Of a DNA stretch of 62,506 nucleotides, positions 16,681 through 27,300 are shown piece after piece. Positions within the stretch are counted from its first letter, which is position 1; the number at the start of each line of letters is the position of its first letter. The notes beneath the pieces are model-generated. The model saw nothing but the letters and a program-made list of their open reading frames with translations, searched no databases and was not told the origin of the DNA. The stretch is from the NCBI GenBank assembly GCA_036272955.1, contig DATAXU010000018.1, positions 1 to 62,506 of the forward strand, given 5' to 3'. The position numbers and the translations under genes are program-made. This DNA comes from Verrucomicrobiia bacterium (GTDB lineage: Bacteria > Verrucomicrobiota > Verrucomicrobiia > Limisphaerales > Palsa-1400).

Positions 16681-16681
16681 A

Positions 16682-18184
16682 ATGCCCCCTCCCAACCACT
16701 CTGAACCGAGTTTTTCTCGAGCGCACCGATGGGTGATCGGACTCAACACGGTGCTCGCCGTGGCGGCCGCCCTGGGCCTGGTCGTGATGGCCAATTATCT
16801 GGCCGGCGGCCACTTCGAACGTTACCAGTGGTCGCGCGATGCAGCCTTCAAATTATCCGAGCCGACAGTGCGGGTGCTCGATAACCTGACGAACGATGTG
16901 AACGTCACCATCTTTTTCCAGGCCAGCGGCCAAAACCCGGAAATCTACGAACTGACAAAGGCGCTCCTGGCGGAATACCAACACGTCAATCCCCGGCGAA
17001 TCCACGTCAAAAACCTCGATTACACGCGGCTTGTCGGAGCGGCCAAGGAGTTGCTGGCGACCAATTCCCTTGTTGGACTTCAGGAAAAGGATTTTGTGCT
17101 CTTTCAATGCGGCGGGCGCTCGAAGATCGTGTTTGCCCGCGACCTGGCGGATTATGATTTCAGCGACTTGCTGGCCGGTCGCAGCCAATATGTCCGCCGA
17201 AGCGCATTTCGGGGCGAAATGTATTTCACCGCGGATATTTACGCGGTCAGCTATCCGCAGACGCTCAAGACGTATTTCCTCTACGGCCACGGTGAGAACA
17301 ATCCGGGCGACCCGCACGGCGGCGACAGCAAACTTGGGCAAACGGGATATTCCACGATGGCGTCCATTGTGAAGAATGAAATCACCAGCGACTGGGACCG
17401 CCTTCTCCTGCAAGGCACCAACGGCATCCCGGCGGATTGCCAGTTATTGATCATCGCCGCCGGAGCGCACGAAGGAAAGATTTTGCCCGAGGAACTGGAC
17501 AAGATCTCCACTTACTTAAAACAGGGCGGACGGCTGCTCGCACTCCTGACTGTGGATTGCGGGCTGGAGCCGGTCCTCAAGCAGTGGGGAGTTATCGTGG
17601 GGCCCTACCGGGTTGTGGACACGGATCCGAAATATTACGTCGAAAACCACACCTTCTACAGCGCCAACTGGGTTCCAGGCCATATTATCGTTAACCCTCT
17701 GGCCAGCGAAAAACAGTCCCTTCTCATGGTGTGGCCGCGGCCAGTTTTCAAGGTTACCCCGGAAGGGAAGGTCCCCGGTGCGCCGGAAGTCAGTTATCTT
17801 GCCCTTACCAGCACCAATGGAGTTGATGAAAAGAATCGCAGGGGCGAGTATCCGCTTCTCGCCGCCGTCGAGCAGGGCGTGATTAGCGGCGTCAGTTCGC
17901 CGCACGCCGGCGGGACGCGTATTGTCGTGGCTGGAGATTCAGATTTTTTGGATGATACGGTCATCCAGTTGGGGGGAAACCACTACTTCGCGGCGCGGGC
18001 GTTGAATTGGCTTTTGGACCGTCCACAACTTCTGCTGGAAGGCCTCGGACCCAAGCCGATCACGGAATACAGGTTATACATGAGCCGCTCGCAAACCAGA
18101 AAGGTCCAATGGCTATTCCTGGCGGCGATGCCGGGCGCGGTCCTTGCCCTTGGCGCTTTGGTCTGGCTGCGCCGCCGAAGCTGA
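16682..18184 (+). CDS. GldG-like ABC-transporter auxiliary protein (Gldg family)
   Basis: N- and C-terminal TM anchors flank a large periplasmic domain. The gene order ATPase-permease-GldG-DUF4340 is the canonical arrangement. The start is taken at ATG 16682, 1 nt after the permease stop. Confidence 0.7.
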   Translation: MPPPNHSEPSFSRAHRWVIGLNTVLAVAAALGLVVMANYLAGGHFERYQWSRDAAFKLSEPTVRVLDNLTNDVNVTIFFQASGQNPEIYELTKALLAEYQHVNPRRIHVKNLDYTRLVGAAKELLATNSLVGLQEKDFVLFQCGGRSKIVFARDLADYDFSDLLAGRSQYVRRSAFRGEMYFTADIYAVSYPQTLKTYFLYGHGENNPGDPHGGDSKLGQTGYSTMASIVKNEITSDWDRLLLQGTNGIPADCQLLIIAAGAHEGKILPEELDKISTYLKQGGRLLALLTVDCGLEPVLKQWGVIVGPYRVVDTDPKYYVENHTFYSANWVPGHIIVNPLASEKQSLLMVWPRPVFKVTPEGKVPGAPEVSYLALTSTNGVDEKNRRGEYPLLAAVEQGVISGVSSPHAGGTRIVVAGDSDFLDDTVIQLGGNHYFAARALNWLLDRPQLLLEGLGPKPITEYRLYMSRSQTRKVQWLFLAAMPGAVLALGALVWLRRRS

Positions 18185-18191
18185 CGAAGGC

Positions 18192-20024
18192 ATGAATTGG
18201 AAACCCACATGGGTTCTATTGACAGCAACGGCTGTTGTCTTCGCTTTCATCGTCTTGGTCGAACGGCCAATTCGCCTGGAGCGATTGCGGCAGGCCAGCC
18301 GGTCAGTTCTTCCCGGCCTTGACCCGGCGACCGTCACAAATGTCGAAATTCAACCGTGGGGCCAGTCCTCCATCCATGCCGAGCGCCGTCTCGGGAGTAA
18401 GGTTTGGCGGCTGACAGCGCCGATCGAATATCCGGCGCGCGGGGCGCAGATCGATGCCTTGCTTGATAGCCTGGCGAAATTGGAATGGAAGGACCGCATT
18501 TCCGACCAGGAACTCCGGGACCGCCCGGACGCCCAGGAACAGTACGGGTTCGTCAAGCCGCGTTTTTCCATCCTGCTGCAAGCCGGCGGCGTGGATCGAC
18601 GGCTGGAAATCGGCGATCTTTCGCCATTGGGCGACGAAGTTTTTCTGAATCTCGTCGGCAGCACGGCCATTTGCCTGGCGAACGCGGATTTGATGAAGAT
18701 GATTCCGCAAGACAAAGACCAGTGGCGCGACCTGTCACTGCTCGATGTGACGAATATGCCGTTTGATGAACTGACAGTGCGAACGGCGGCGAAGGAAAAA
18801 CTGGACCTGCGGCGCGACCCCACCAATCATCTCTGGTTCATGAATCGTCCGTGGCTGGCGCGCGCTGACAGCGACGTGGTCAACGCGCTGCTCAACGAGC
18901 TTCAACACCTGCCTGTCGTAAGCTTCGTCTCGGATGATCCGCAGGCGGATTTGGAATCGTTTGGCCTGCAATCTTCCCCGCAAACGCCCACCCTGACATT
19001 GGTTTTTTCCAACGGCGCGAACCTTGCCGCCGTTCTGCAAATCGGCGCCAGTCCCACAAACCATCCGGAGTTCGCATATGCACGCCGCCGGGATCCCAGC
19101 AACGTCGTGCTGGTCGCGCGCGGGCCTTTCCGGGCCTGGCAGGCTGACAATACCAATTTTCTCGATCAACACCTTATCAGTTTTTCGCCCGACTGGATTG
19201 AGTCGATCGAAGCCCGCGGCCAGAATGCCTTTGCCGTCCGCAAACAAACCAACGGGCAATGGGACGTCGAGGCGCCGCACGGAAAAAGCTTCCCCGCCGA
19301 CGCCGAGCTGATGAAGGATTGGCTGGAAGGACTGTCCGGCATTCCGACTTCAATCGAAAAGACCGTGGTGGCGGACCTGTCGCCGTACGGATTGAGCAGG
19401 CCTGCCCTCCGCTACTCGATCAAATTTGGACCCAAGGCTGGAAGCCGCGCGGTCGCCCACGTCGAGTTCGGAACCAACCAAAATGGGCAGGTTTTCGAAC
19501 GACGGACGGACGAGGATTTTGTCAACACCATCGGGCTGGACGAATTTGGGCGCCTCCCTTACGCATCGTGGCAGATGCGCGACCGGCGGATATGGAATTT
19601 TGCCACGAGCAACGTCATTAGCGTGACGATTCATCAACTGGGAGGCACGCGCAAATTCATGCGCGACCCGGATGGCGCGTGGACATTCGCGCCGGGTTAC
19701 AAGGGCCCACCCTTTATCAATTCACCGGAACTGGAGGAAGCGGTCCACCGGATTGGCCGCTTGACCGCCATCTATTGGGATGGACACGGCGATACTCATC
19801 TCGAACGTTTCGGATTTGCGCAGGCGGACCACAACATCGAATTCGAAATCAAAGGACCAAACGGCAGCAAAACGCTGCGGATCGCGTTCGGCAGTCGCTC
19901 GCCTTATACACACCCTTACGCGACAGTGGTAGAGGATGGGGAGCGCCTCATATTTGAATTTCCCGCGGACCTATACGAGAATTTTGTTGAGCATGACCTC
20001 ATGATACCGGCAGCGCTACGCTAA
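18192..20024 (+). CDS. DUF4340 domain-containing protein
   Basis: N-terminal TM (WVLLTATAVVFAFIVLV) followed by repeated beta-rich modules. Its position directly after the GldG-like gene is typical for DUF4340. The internal ATG 18192 is preferred over the track start 18144, which overlaps the GldG-like gene. Confidence 0.65.
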   Translation: MNWKPTWVLLTATAVVFAFIVLVERPIRLERLRQASRSVLPGLDPATVTNVEIQPWGQSSIHAERRLGSKVWRLTAPIEYPARGAQIDALLDSLAKLEWKDRISDQELRDRPDAQEQYGFVKPRFSILLQAGGVDRRLEIGDLSPLGDEVFLNLVGSTAICLANADLMKMIPQDKDQWRDLSLLDVTNMPFDELTVRTAAKEKLDLRRDPTNHLWFMNRPWLARADSDVVNALLNELQHLPVVSFVSDDPQADLESFGLQSSPQTPTLTLVFSNGANLAAVLQIGASPTNHPEFAYARRRDPSNVVLVARGPFRAWQADNTNFLDQHLISFSPDWIESIEARGQNAFAVRKQTNGQWDVEAPHGKSFPADAELMKDWLEGLSGIPTSIEKTVVADLSPYGLSRPALRYSIKFGPKAGSRAVAHVEFGTNQNGQVFERRTDEDFVNTIGLDEFGRLPYASWQMRDRRIWNFATSNVISVTIHQLGGTRKFMRDPDGAWTFAPGYKGPPFINSPELEEAVHRIGRLTAIYWDGHGDTHLERFGFAQADHNIEFEIKGPNGSKTLRIAFGSRSPYTHPYATVVEDGERLIFEFPADLYENFVEHDLMIPAALR

Positions 20025-20034
20025 CAACCATAGG

Positions 20035-23000
20035 ATGGGCCTCTTTTCTCAACACAAGGGTATTCGCAGAGCGCGGAAGGTTTTTCGCTGGTGCCGGTTG
20101 GTCGTCTGGTTTGTATTGTTGTTGGTGGTTGCGGAACTCGCGTACCTTCATTTGGTCGGCCTGCCGGATTTTCTCAAGCGCCCACTGTTGCGCAAGATAC
20201 GCGAGCGCGGATTCGAGGCGCGGTTCACCAACGCGCACCTGACGTGGGGTCCCGCGATTCTCATCGACAACGCTTCCTTCAGCGGGACGAACGAAGCCGG
20301 CGCACGCCTTTCCGCGGGCATGACGGATATTCGGTTGAATTGGGATTCGCTTCTTCATGGCCGGTTGAAAATCGATTCCGTCGAGGTAGTCAGCGGGACG
20401 GTGCAGATTCCGGTGTCGCGACGTTACGGAAAGCGGCTTTCGATGGACAACGTCTATATGAAGATGAATTTGTCCTCCAATGATTTCGCCCACTTCGCCG
20501 AATGCACCGCATGGCTTCACGGGCTGCAAATTCGCGTCAACGGCGACGTCGCGAATTTTTCTTCCCTGCAGAATTGGAGGCTGCCCGCCCGGCTGCGGTC
20601 AAACACCAACCAACCGCCCGAAAACCCCAGCGAGTCCGTAACAAACATTCTTGAACAAATACACTTTGCTGAAAATCCAAGGCTGGAGGTTCATTTTTTT
20701 GCGGATGGCAGCAACATGAACACGTTCCGCAGCGAAGCACTGTTCACCGCGCGCGGGATGGAAACGCCGTGGGGCAGAGCCGGAGTGCTTGAAGTGCGCG
20801 GGGCTGGGGCGCACTTGCTCGATCCCACTAATCAGCCAGTGATGCAGGCGTCCGCAGCCGCGGATAAGATTACCACACGCTGGGGATCAGGCAGGGATAT
20901 TTCGGCGTCAGTATCGTTTTTTCCGGATCCTACAATGCCTTTGAACACATGGTTGACCGCTTCCGTCACCGACTTGCGGGGAAGCAATTGGGTTCACGCA
21001 AAACGTGTGTCGTGGGATGGAAAGGCATTTCTTTCTCCGACCAATTTCGCGCCGTCGGCCGTTGTCGGAACTTTACGAGTTGACGGAGCCGGTTCTGAGT
21101 GGGGTTCGGCCGGCGCCCTTTCGCTACGGCTGAATGCCAGGCGCACGAACGCTCCGCCACCGGTCGATCCGGCGCTGGGAATTTGGACGCATTTTTCGCC
21201 TTATCTGGCTTCGTGCCACCTTGACGCGACCAACATCGACAGCCCAAAACTTCAATTCGAAAACCTGGCGGTGGACGCATCCTGGCAAGCGCCGCAGGCA
21301 ACCATCGAAAAGATCGAGGCCCATTTGTATCACGGCCGATTGGGCGGTAACGCCAGCCTCAATATTGACTCACGGGAGATGTTTTGCCACGCCACAACGG
21401 ATTTCGATCCCCACAAAATTTCCCAATTAATGACGCCAAACGCCCAACGATGGATTTCCGAATACACCTGGAGCAATCCTCCCGTGGTCAATGCCAGGAT
21501 CCGCATGGTAGTACCGCCATGGACCAATCGACCTGACGATTGGCGCAACAGTTTAAAGTCGAGCGTGCAGATCGCTGGTGACTTTCAGGTTGGAGCGGCC
21601 TCATTTCGCGGCGTTGAGGTCATTTCGGCGAATTCGGCTGTTTTCTACACCAACCGGATCTGGCATTTGCCGGCGCTTCACGCCGAGCGTCCCGACGGCT
21701 CCCTCCAGGTCGATTACACAGGCAACGAAGTGACGCATCAATTTGACGTCCGCTTTGAAAGCCATTTGAACCCGGACGATGCGCTGCCGTTACTCAAACC
21801 GATGCAGCAAAAAATCCTGGGCGAGGCGCATTTTCCGACTCCGCCGGCGGTCCACGGAGAACTGAGCGGGCTCTGGCAAAATCCCGAAACGTTCTCCTTT
21901 GTCGGGACAGTTGCGGCGAGCAATTTTGTCGTTCGCGGCGAATCGATCGATGCGTTTAGCGGAAAAATAGAATACACGAATCACCTTTTGACCGGCAGCA
22001 ATCTCGGCCTTTCTCAGGGGAAGGGCCGGCTCGATATTCCGCTGGCTTCGGTCGATTTTGTGTCAAAACGACTTTTCGTGACGAATGCGCAATCCACGAT
22101 GGACCCGGCGATGCTGATCCGCCAAATGGGAACAAAGACCCCGGGGTTTTTGAAGATCGTTCATTTCGATACTCCGCCGAAAGTGCGCGCCAGTGGTTCC
22201 TTCGTTTTGGGAGATCCGTTGGCGACGGACATGCGCTTTTACGTCCAGGGCACCAATTTTCACTGGACGAACCTCGGAGCGGACACCATATCGGGCACGG
22301 TCCTGTGGGTTGCGCGAGACGTTGCTCTGACGAACATCGAAGGGCGTATCTATGGTTCCGGCAAACTTAACGGATGGCTTGCCTTTGATTATGTGCCGAA
22401 GCACGGAGCCGGCTTCCGCAGCCAATTCGCGGTCAAAGACATCAGCCTTTCGACGTTGAGCCGAAGCTTGACCGGAAAGAATAGCCGGATAGACGGAAAG
22501 CTGGATGGTTCGTTGTTGCTGAACGCGCCCTCTTCCACCAACAAGGAAACCTGGACCGGACGCGGATACGTGAACGTCCACGACGCCCTGCTGTGGCAGA
22601 TCAAGCTCTTTGGGATATTCTCGCCGGTCCTCAACGCGATCGCGCCCGGCGCGGGCGACAGTCGAGCAAAATCGGCCACGGCGCATTTCACGATTGGGCA
22701 AGGGAAAGTCGCCAGCGACAACATGGAAGTTCAAGCCACAGGGATGCGCCTGATGTACCGGGGGAACATTTCCATGGATAAACAAATCAATGGACGCGTC
22801 GAAGCAGACCTATTACGCAACACTCCGTTATTTGGGGAAGTTTTGAGCATGACGCTTTCTCCGCTGAGCAAGATATTTGAATATCAAATAAAAGGGCCGA
22901 TGAGCAACCCCGTAATCGAGCCGCTCTATGTGCCAAAGTTTTTAATGATGCTGCTCCGCCCTTTTCATACGCTAAAAAGCATATTGCCCGAAGCCCCAAG

Positions 23001-23037
23001 CGCTCCGAGCGCTCCGCCGGCAAACCCGGCGAAATAA
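20035..23037 (+). CDS. AsmA/TamB-like large envelope protein
   Basis: 1000 aa. It has an N-terminal TM anchor (LVVWFVLLLVVAELAYL) and AsmA-like N-terminal strands (LKIDSVEVVSGTVQIP). The body is long and beta-rich. The C-terminal AsmA_2-like region is GKLDGSLLLN...GRGYVNVHDA...GKVASDNMEVQATGMRLMYRGNISMDKQINGRVEA. Confidence 0.6.
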   Translation: MGLFSQHKGIRRARKVFRWCRLVVWFVLLLVVAELAYLHLVGLPDFLKRPLLRKIRERGFEARFTNAHLTWGPAILIDNASFSGTNEAGARLSAGMTDIRLNWDSLLHGRLKIDSVEVVSGTVQIPVSRRYGKRLSMDNVYMKMNLSSNDFAHFAECTAWLHGLQIRVNGDVANFSSLQNWRLPARLRSNTNQPPENPSESVTNILEQIHFAENPRLEVHFFADGSNMNTFRSEALFTARGMETPWGRAGVLEVRGAGAHLLDPTNQPVMQASAAADKITTRWGSGRDISASVSFFPDPTMPLNTWLTASVTDLRGSNWVHAKRVSWDGKAFLSPTNFAPSAVVGTLRVDGAGSEWGSAGALSLRLNARRTNAPPPVDPALGIWTHFSPYLASCHLDATNIDSPKLQFENLAVDASWQAPQATIEKIEAHLYHGRLGGNASLNIDSREMFCHATTDFDPHKISQLMTPNAQRWISEYTWSNPPVVNARIRMVVPPWTNRPDDWRNSLKSSVQIAGDFQVGAASFRGVEVISANSAVFYTNRIWHLPALHAERPDGSLQVDYTGNEVTHQFDVRFESHLNPDDALPLLKPMQQKILGEAHFPTPPAVHGELSGLWQNPETFSFVGTVAASNFVVRGESIDAFSGKIEYTNHLLTGSNLGLSQGKGRLDIPLASVDFVSKRLFVTNAQSTMDPAMLIRQMGTKTPGFLKIVHFDTPPKVRASGSFVLGDPLATDMRFYVQGTNFHWTNLGADTISGTVLWVARDVALTNIEGRIYGSGKLNGWLAFDYVPKHGAGFRSQFAVKDISLSTLSRSLTGKNSRIDGKLDGSLLLNAPSSTNKETWTGRGYVNVHDALLWQIKLFGIFSPVLNAIAPGAGDSRAKSATAHFTIGQGKVASDNMEVQATGMRLMYRGNISMDKQINGRVEADLLRNTPLFGEVLSMTLSPLSKIFEYQIKGPMSNPVIEPLYVPKFLMMLLRPFHTLKSILPEAPSAPSAPPANPAK

Positions 23038-23040
23038 GAG

Positions 23041-24273
23041 CTACCGCCTCCTGGCGGGCCCAAAAAAGTATCCGCCCCGAACACGAGCGCCTCGAACCTT
23101 GCCGGGGAACGACGGCTTCTGCCCTTGTTTTTCCTCTTCGAACAAGGCCGTGTACTGGTAATCGAAGTTGTCGAGTTTGATGCGCGGTATTTTCTTTCCT
23201 ATGAAACGCTCGATGGCATAGACGTGGGAACCGTCCGCAGCTACCATCAATGTCAGAGCGTCGCCCGTTTGCTCAGCACGGCCAGTGCGGCCAATGCGGT
23301 GAATGTAATCTTCGGGATGCTGCGGGACATCATAATTGACAACATGGCTGACGTCCGCAATATCCAGCCCGCGCGAAGCGATGTCCGTGGCCACCAACGC
23401 TTCGTAATGCCCATTGCGGAACCCTCGCAATGCGTCCTCACGTTCGCGTTGCGTACGGTTGGAGTGCAGGACGGCCACGGCATGCTGATTCTTCTTGAGC
23501 AAATGCGCGATCTGGTCAGCCCGATGTTTGGTCCGGCAGAAAATGATCACCGAGTCGTACTTGATCCGTTCCAACAATTGCAACAGCAGGGAAGTCTTCT
23601 GGGTTTCGGCCACCGGGTAAATGACGTGTTCGACCGTTTCCGCCGGGGTCCGCCGCGCGCCGATTTCAACCGTTTGCGGCGTGTGCATTGCCCACTGAAT
23701 TAGCGTCGCAATCTCCGGCGGCACCGTGGCGGAAAAAAGGGAAGTGTGCCGGTCTCGCGGGATTTTCTGGACGATTCGCTTCACGTCCGGCAGAAAGCCC
23801 ATATCCAACATGCGGTCCGCCTCGTCTAGCACCAAATATTTGACGTGCTCAAGCCTGCAAGCCCCGCGTTCCATGTGGTCGAGCAATCGTCCCGGCGTGG
23901 CGACAATGACGTCGGCTCCCGCCCGCAATGCATCGATTTGTTTGCCATAGCCGACACCGCCGTAAAGGACGGCTGTGCGGAGATTGGTGAAGCGAGCGAA
24001 ATCGTGGATCGCGGTTTCGACCTGGGCGGCCAATTCGCGAGTCGGTTCGAGCACCAGGGCGCGGGTGGTCGCTCCGTGCTGGCCAAGAAGCGACAAAATA
24101 GGAAGGGCGAAAGCGGCGGTTTTTCCCGTGCCTGTTTGTGCGCTGCCGATAACATCGTTGCCAGCCATGACCAATGGGATTGCGCGCAATTGGATTGGAG
24201 TGGGTTCGATATAGCCCATAGCCTTCACCCCTTCCAAAACCTGCGGGGATAGCCCGAAATTTGTAAACGACAT
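23041..24273 (-). CDS. DEAD-box ATP-dependent RNA helicase
   Basis: Q-motif region FTNFGLSP...PTPIQ, then AQTGTGKT, PTRELA, DEAD, SAT and HRIGRTGRA. The start is taken at the internal ATG (MSFTNFGL). Confidence 0.92.
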   Translation of the reverse strand: MSFTNFGLSPQVLEGVKAMGYIEPTPIQLRAIPLVMAGNDVIGSAQTGTGKTAAFALPILSLLGQHGATTRALVLEPTRELAAQVETAIHDFARFTNLRTAVLYGGVGYGKQIDALRAGADVIVATPGRLLDHMERGACRLEHVKYLVLDEADRMLDMGFLPDVKRIVQKIPRDRHTSLFSATVPPEIATLIQWAMHTPQTVEIGARRTPAETVEHVIYPVAETQKTSLLLQLLERIKYDSVIIFCRTKHRADQIAHLLKKNQHAVAVLHSNRTQREREDALRGFRNGHYEALVATDIASRGLDIADVSHVVNYDVPQHPEDYIHRIGRTGRAEQTGDALTLMVAADGSHVYAIERFIGKKIPRIKLDNFDYQYTALFEEEKQGQKPSFPGKVRGARVRGGYFFGPARRR

Positions 24274-24336
24274 AACGTAAAATCGTCCGCCCGAGCCTCT
24301 AATGCAAGCTTTGGTTTCGTTTCCCTTCATCCAACT

Positions 24337-27300
24337 TCATTGAAGTTGGGCTTTGTAAAATGTCTGTGGTGCGGCTGGGTTGATCGTCGTTATGAACGTG
24401 AAATTGCCACTCGCGTCGAATTGATTTGTGAAGATCGCTTTCCATTGCGGCGTGGCGAGGTTTGTTGAATGGAGAATATAATAGGTCCAATATGGGATTC
24501 CCGCGCTGCCCGCCATGTGCAGAGTATTTCCGATGATGGCAGACTGGTTTATCTCAGGAGGAAGATATGCGGCGACTGAAAGAATGCCGAGGTTCTTGAC
24601 CGTATTGGTGTTCCATACCAACCCGGCGGACAAGGGTGGAAGGATGAAATTCGTGACGCTGCCGCTGTAGGTGGCCGCGTTGAACAAGTTAAAGGTGTCG
24701 CCTGCGGCAAAGGCGGATGTTCCCGCGTTGGTCACGTTGAGCGTTCCGCCTTCTGTCAAAGCGCCGGCAATATGAAACGAATCGTTCGTTAGCGGCGAAT
24801 GTTGAACACGGACTTTGGTCGTGGATTCGGCAAGCAAAGTCAGATTGTTGCTTATCGTTAGAGCGCTGAAAGGAACATCAGACAGCGTACTACCCGCATT
24901 TACGGTGACCGGGCCGAGGATCGGGCCGCCAAGGATGACATTGCCATAAATGGCGATTCCGCCAGTCGCACCAGAAACGCCGCCGGACACCGTGAGGGGG
25001 TTGACCGACACATTGCTGATGCTCAAACTGCCGTTGTTGGTCAGCGGAGCGGAAATGGTGTCGCCTTTGCTGGAAGCTACCTGAGTCAGGAGCGCCCGGC
25101 CGGGTGTGTTATCCAAAGTAAGCACACCGCCGTTGGCTGCGACGGTGAGTGAACCCAAACCGCTGGAAGCGCCAAGATTCAGAACGCCGACGGTCACGGG
25201 CTGGTTTAAATTAATCGTCTGGTTGGCGGTAATGGCGGGCGTGATAAAAACCGGAAGCCGCGAGCCGTTGGGAAAAGCGGCGCTGCTCCAGTTAGCGTTA
25301 GCATTCCAACTTTGGGCGCCACTTGTCGTAGTATCGATCCAATAGGCAGCCGTCTCGGCGTTGACGGTGGAAGTGGGCGAGACTCCACCGGAGTTGACCG
25401 CCTCCACTTTGTAGTAATAGGTTGTATTCGTTACCAAGCCAACATCGGCATACGTGGTTTCAGTGATGCTCATCACGTAGAGATACGGGCCATCGGGGCT
25501 CGTAGAACGCAGGATGACATAACCAACAGCACCCGACACGGCGGACCATGTCAATGTGATGTTGGTCGTGAGCGTGACATTCACAGTGAGCGCACCGGGG
25601 GCGGACACGGGAGAGGCTGACAAGGGAGTTGCGATAAGCGCAAGCGAATCGGGGCTTGCGCCACCGGCATTATAAGCTGTGACGACGTAGCTATAAGTGC
25701 TTCCGTCGGTTGGAGTGGTATCGGAGTAACTTGTGTTCGTGATGGCGTTGCCAAGCATAATTGTGCCAAGGGTAACGTTGGTGCCGACACCGTCATTTAC
25801 AATCGTGGACCGCTGAACAGAGTAGTAGTTCGCGTTCGGATCCGCATTCCACGTGAGCACAACTTTGTTATTCCCCGCGACAGCCGCAAGGCCGGCGGGC
25901 GCCGCTGGTTGGGTTGTGGACAAGGAGGAGGAAGGAGTTGCGCCAGCGCTTGGCGGAGAATTTGTGCTGACACCAACCGGGTTCACCGATTGCACCACGT
26001 AATAATAAGTGGCCGCATTAACGGCGTTGGTATCCAAGTAAGTTGCGTCGTTCGTGCCGCTGCCACAGACGGGACCTGGCACATTCGTAGCCAGCGTGCC
26101 GTAATTTGTGCCGGAATTCGTCGAAACGAGAAGGTTGTAGCTTGTAGCTCCGGGCGTGACGGGCCACGCAAGCAGGTTACAGTTATTGCCAGGGTAAGCG
26201 GTAATACTCTCTGGCGGAGGCGGGGTGTAGCCCGAAAGTTCCAGTCGGATATAGTCGTACATTGCATGGTTGGCAAAGTAACCGCCTTTGCGCATGTTGA
26301 TGGTGATGGTATTCTGCTTTTGCTTGAGCAGGGAACCTGCGAAATTAATCCGATTATCCGAGAATATGCCGTGCCTTCCCTGGCGGATGGTTGTGTCGCT
26401 TTCGTTGGTGGAGCTGCTGTCATTCGGAAAATAGCCCGTGCTGCCCGCGATGGCAGTTCCGTTGACTTGAATGATAAGCGGCCCCTGGAAATCCGACGCC
26501 AGCGCCACGTAAAGGGAAGCACTGGAACCGGAAGCCGGCGCTTGGAGCAGGGTGAAGTTTATCGTGGAAGTTGATCCGTCGAAATTGCCCTGGCTATCGG
26601 TAACGATCGGCTGGACGAAATTCCAGTCGGTGCTCCATCGGCTTTGGCCAACGGTGTAGTCAGGGCCGTTCGGAAAATCGACCTGGTATTCGAGATGCTT
26701 GGCCCAAATCGGGCTGGGAGCGGTTGGACTTGGACCTATGTCGCCGACCCAAAAATCGTCCCCGTGTCGAAATTTTTCCGTATTGCGATCGGGATAGCCG
26801 ATTTCAAAAACAGTGGCGCCAACGCGAAAGGGTTTCCATGTAACGACGCCGAGGTCATTCGTCGCGCCAGCGGTCACAGTAACGCTGAACGGCGTCGCCG
26901 GAATGTCCAGTTCGTTCACCGCAACTGGAAGCGCCTGCGATTGGAATGTGCCGGCCGCGCCCGGGCCGAAAGCGTATAACGTATAGTTTGCGCCCGCGAT
27001 GACATTGGAGATAGTAAAGTTGCCGTTGGTATCCGTATTCACCCAAAACTGGTACGGCTTCATCCATTCTTGAAAATCATAGTCAATACCGGTCGAGGAC
27101 GGCGTTTGCACAACTCCGACCCACAATCCAGCGGCTGAGGCATTCGGGTTGTAGCTATCCTGGATGACGAATTGCCCGGAAACTGCGCCACGTTTGGTGG
27201 CGGGCGCGTAATTTGCATTGGTGAACCAGGTGTACGGCCATGCGGATTGTTCGACGGCGGCCTGCGCAAGGGCGTCGTTATAAAGCGCCTGGCTCGCCTG

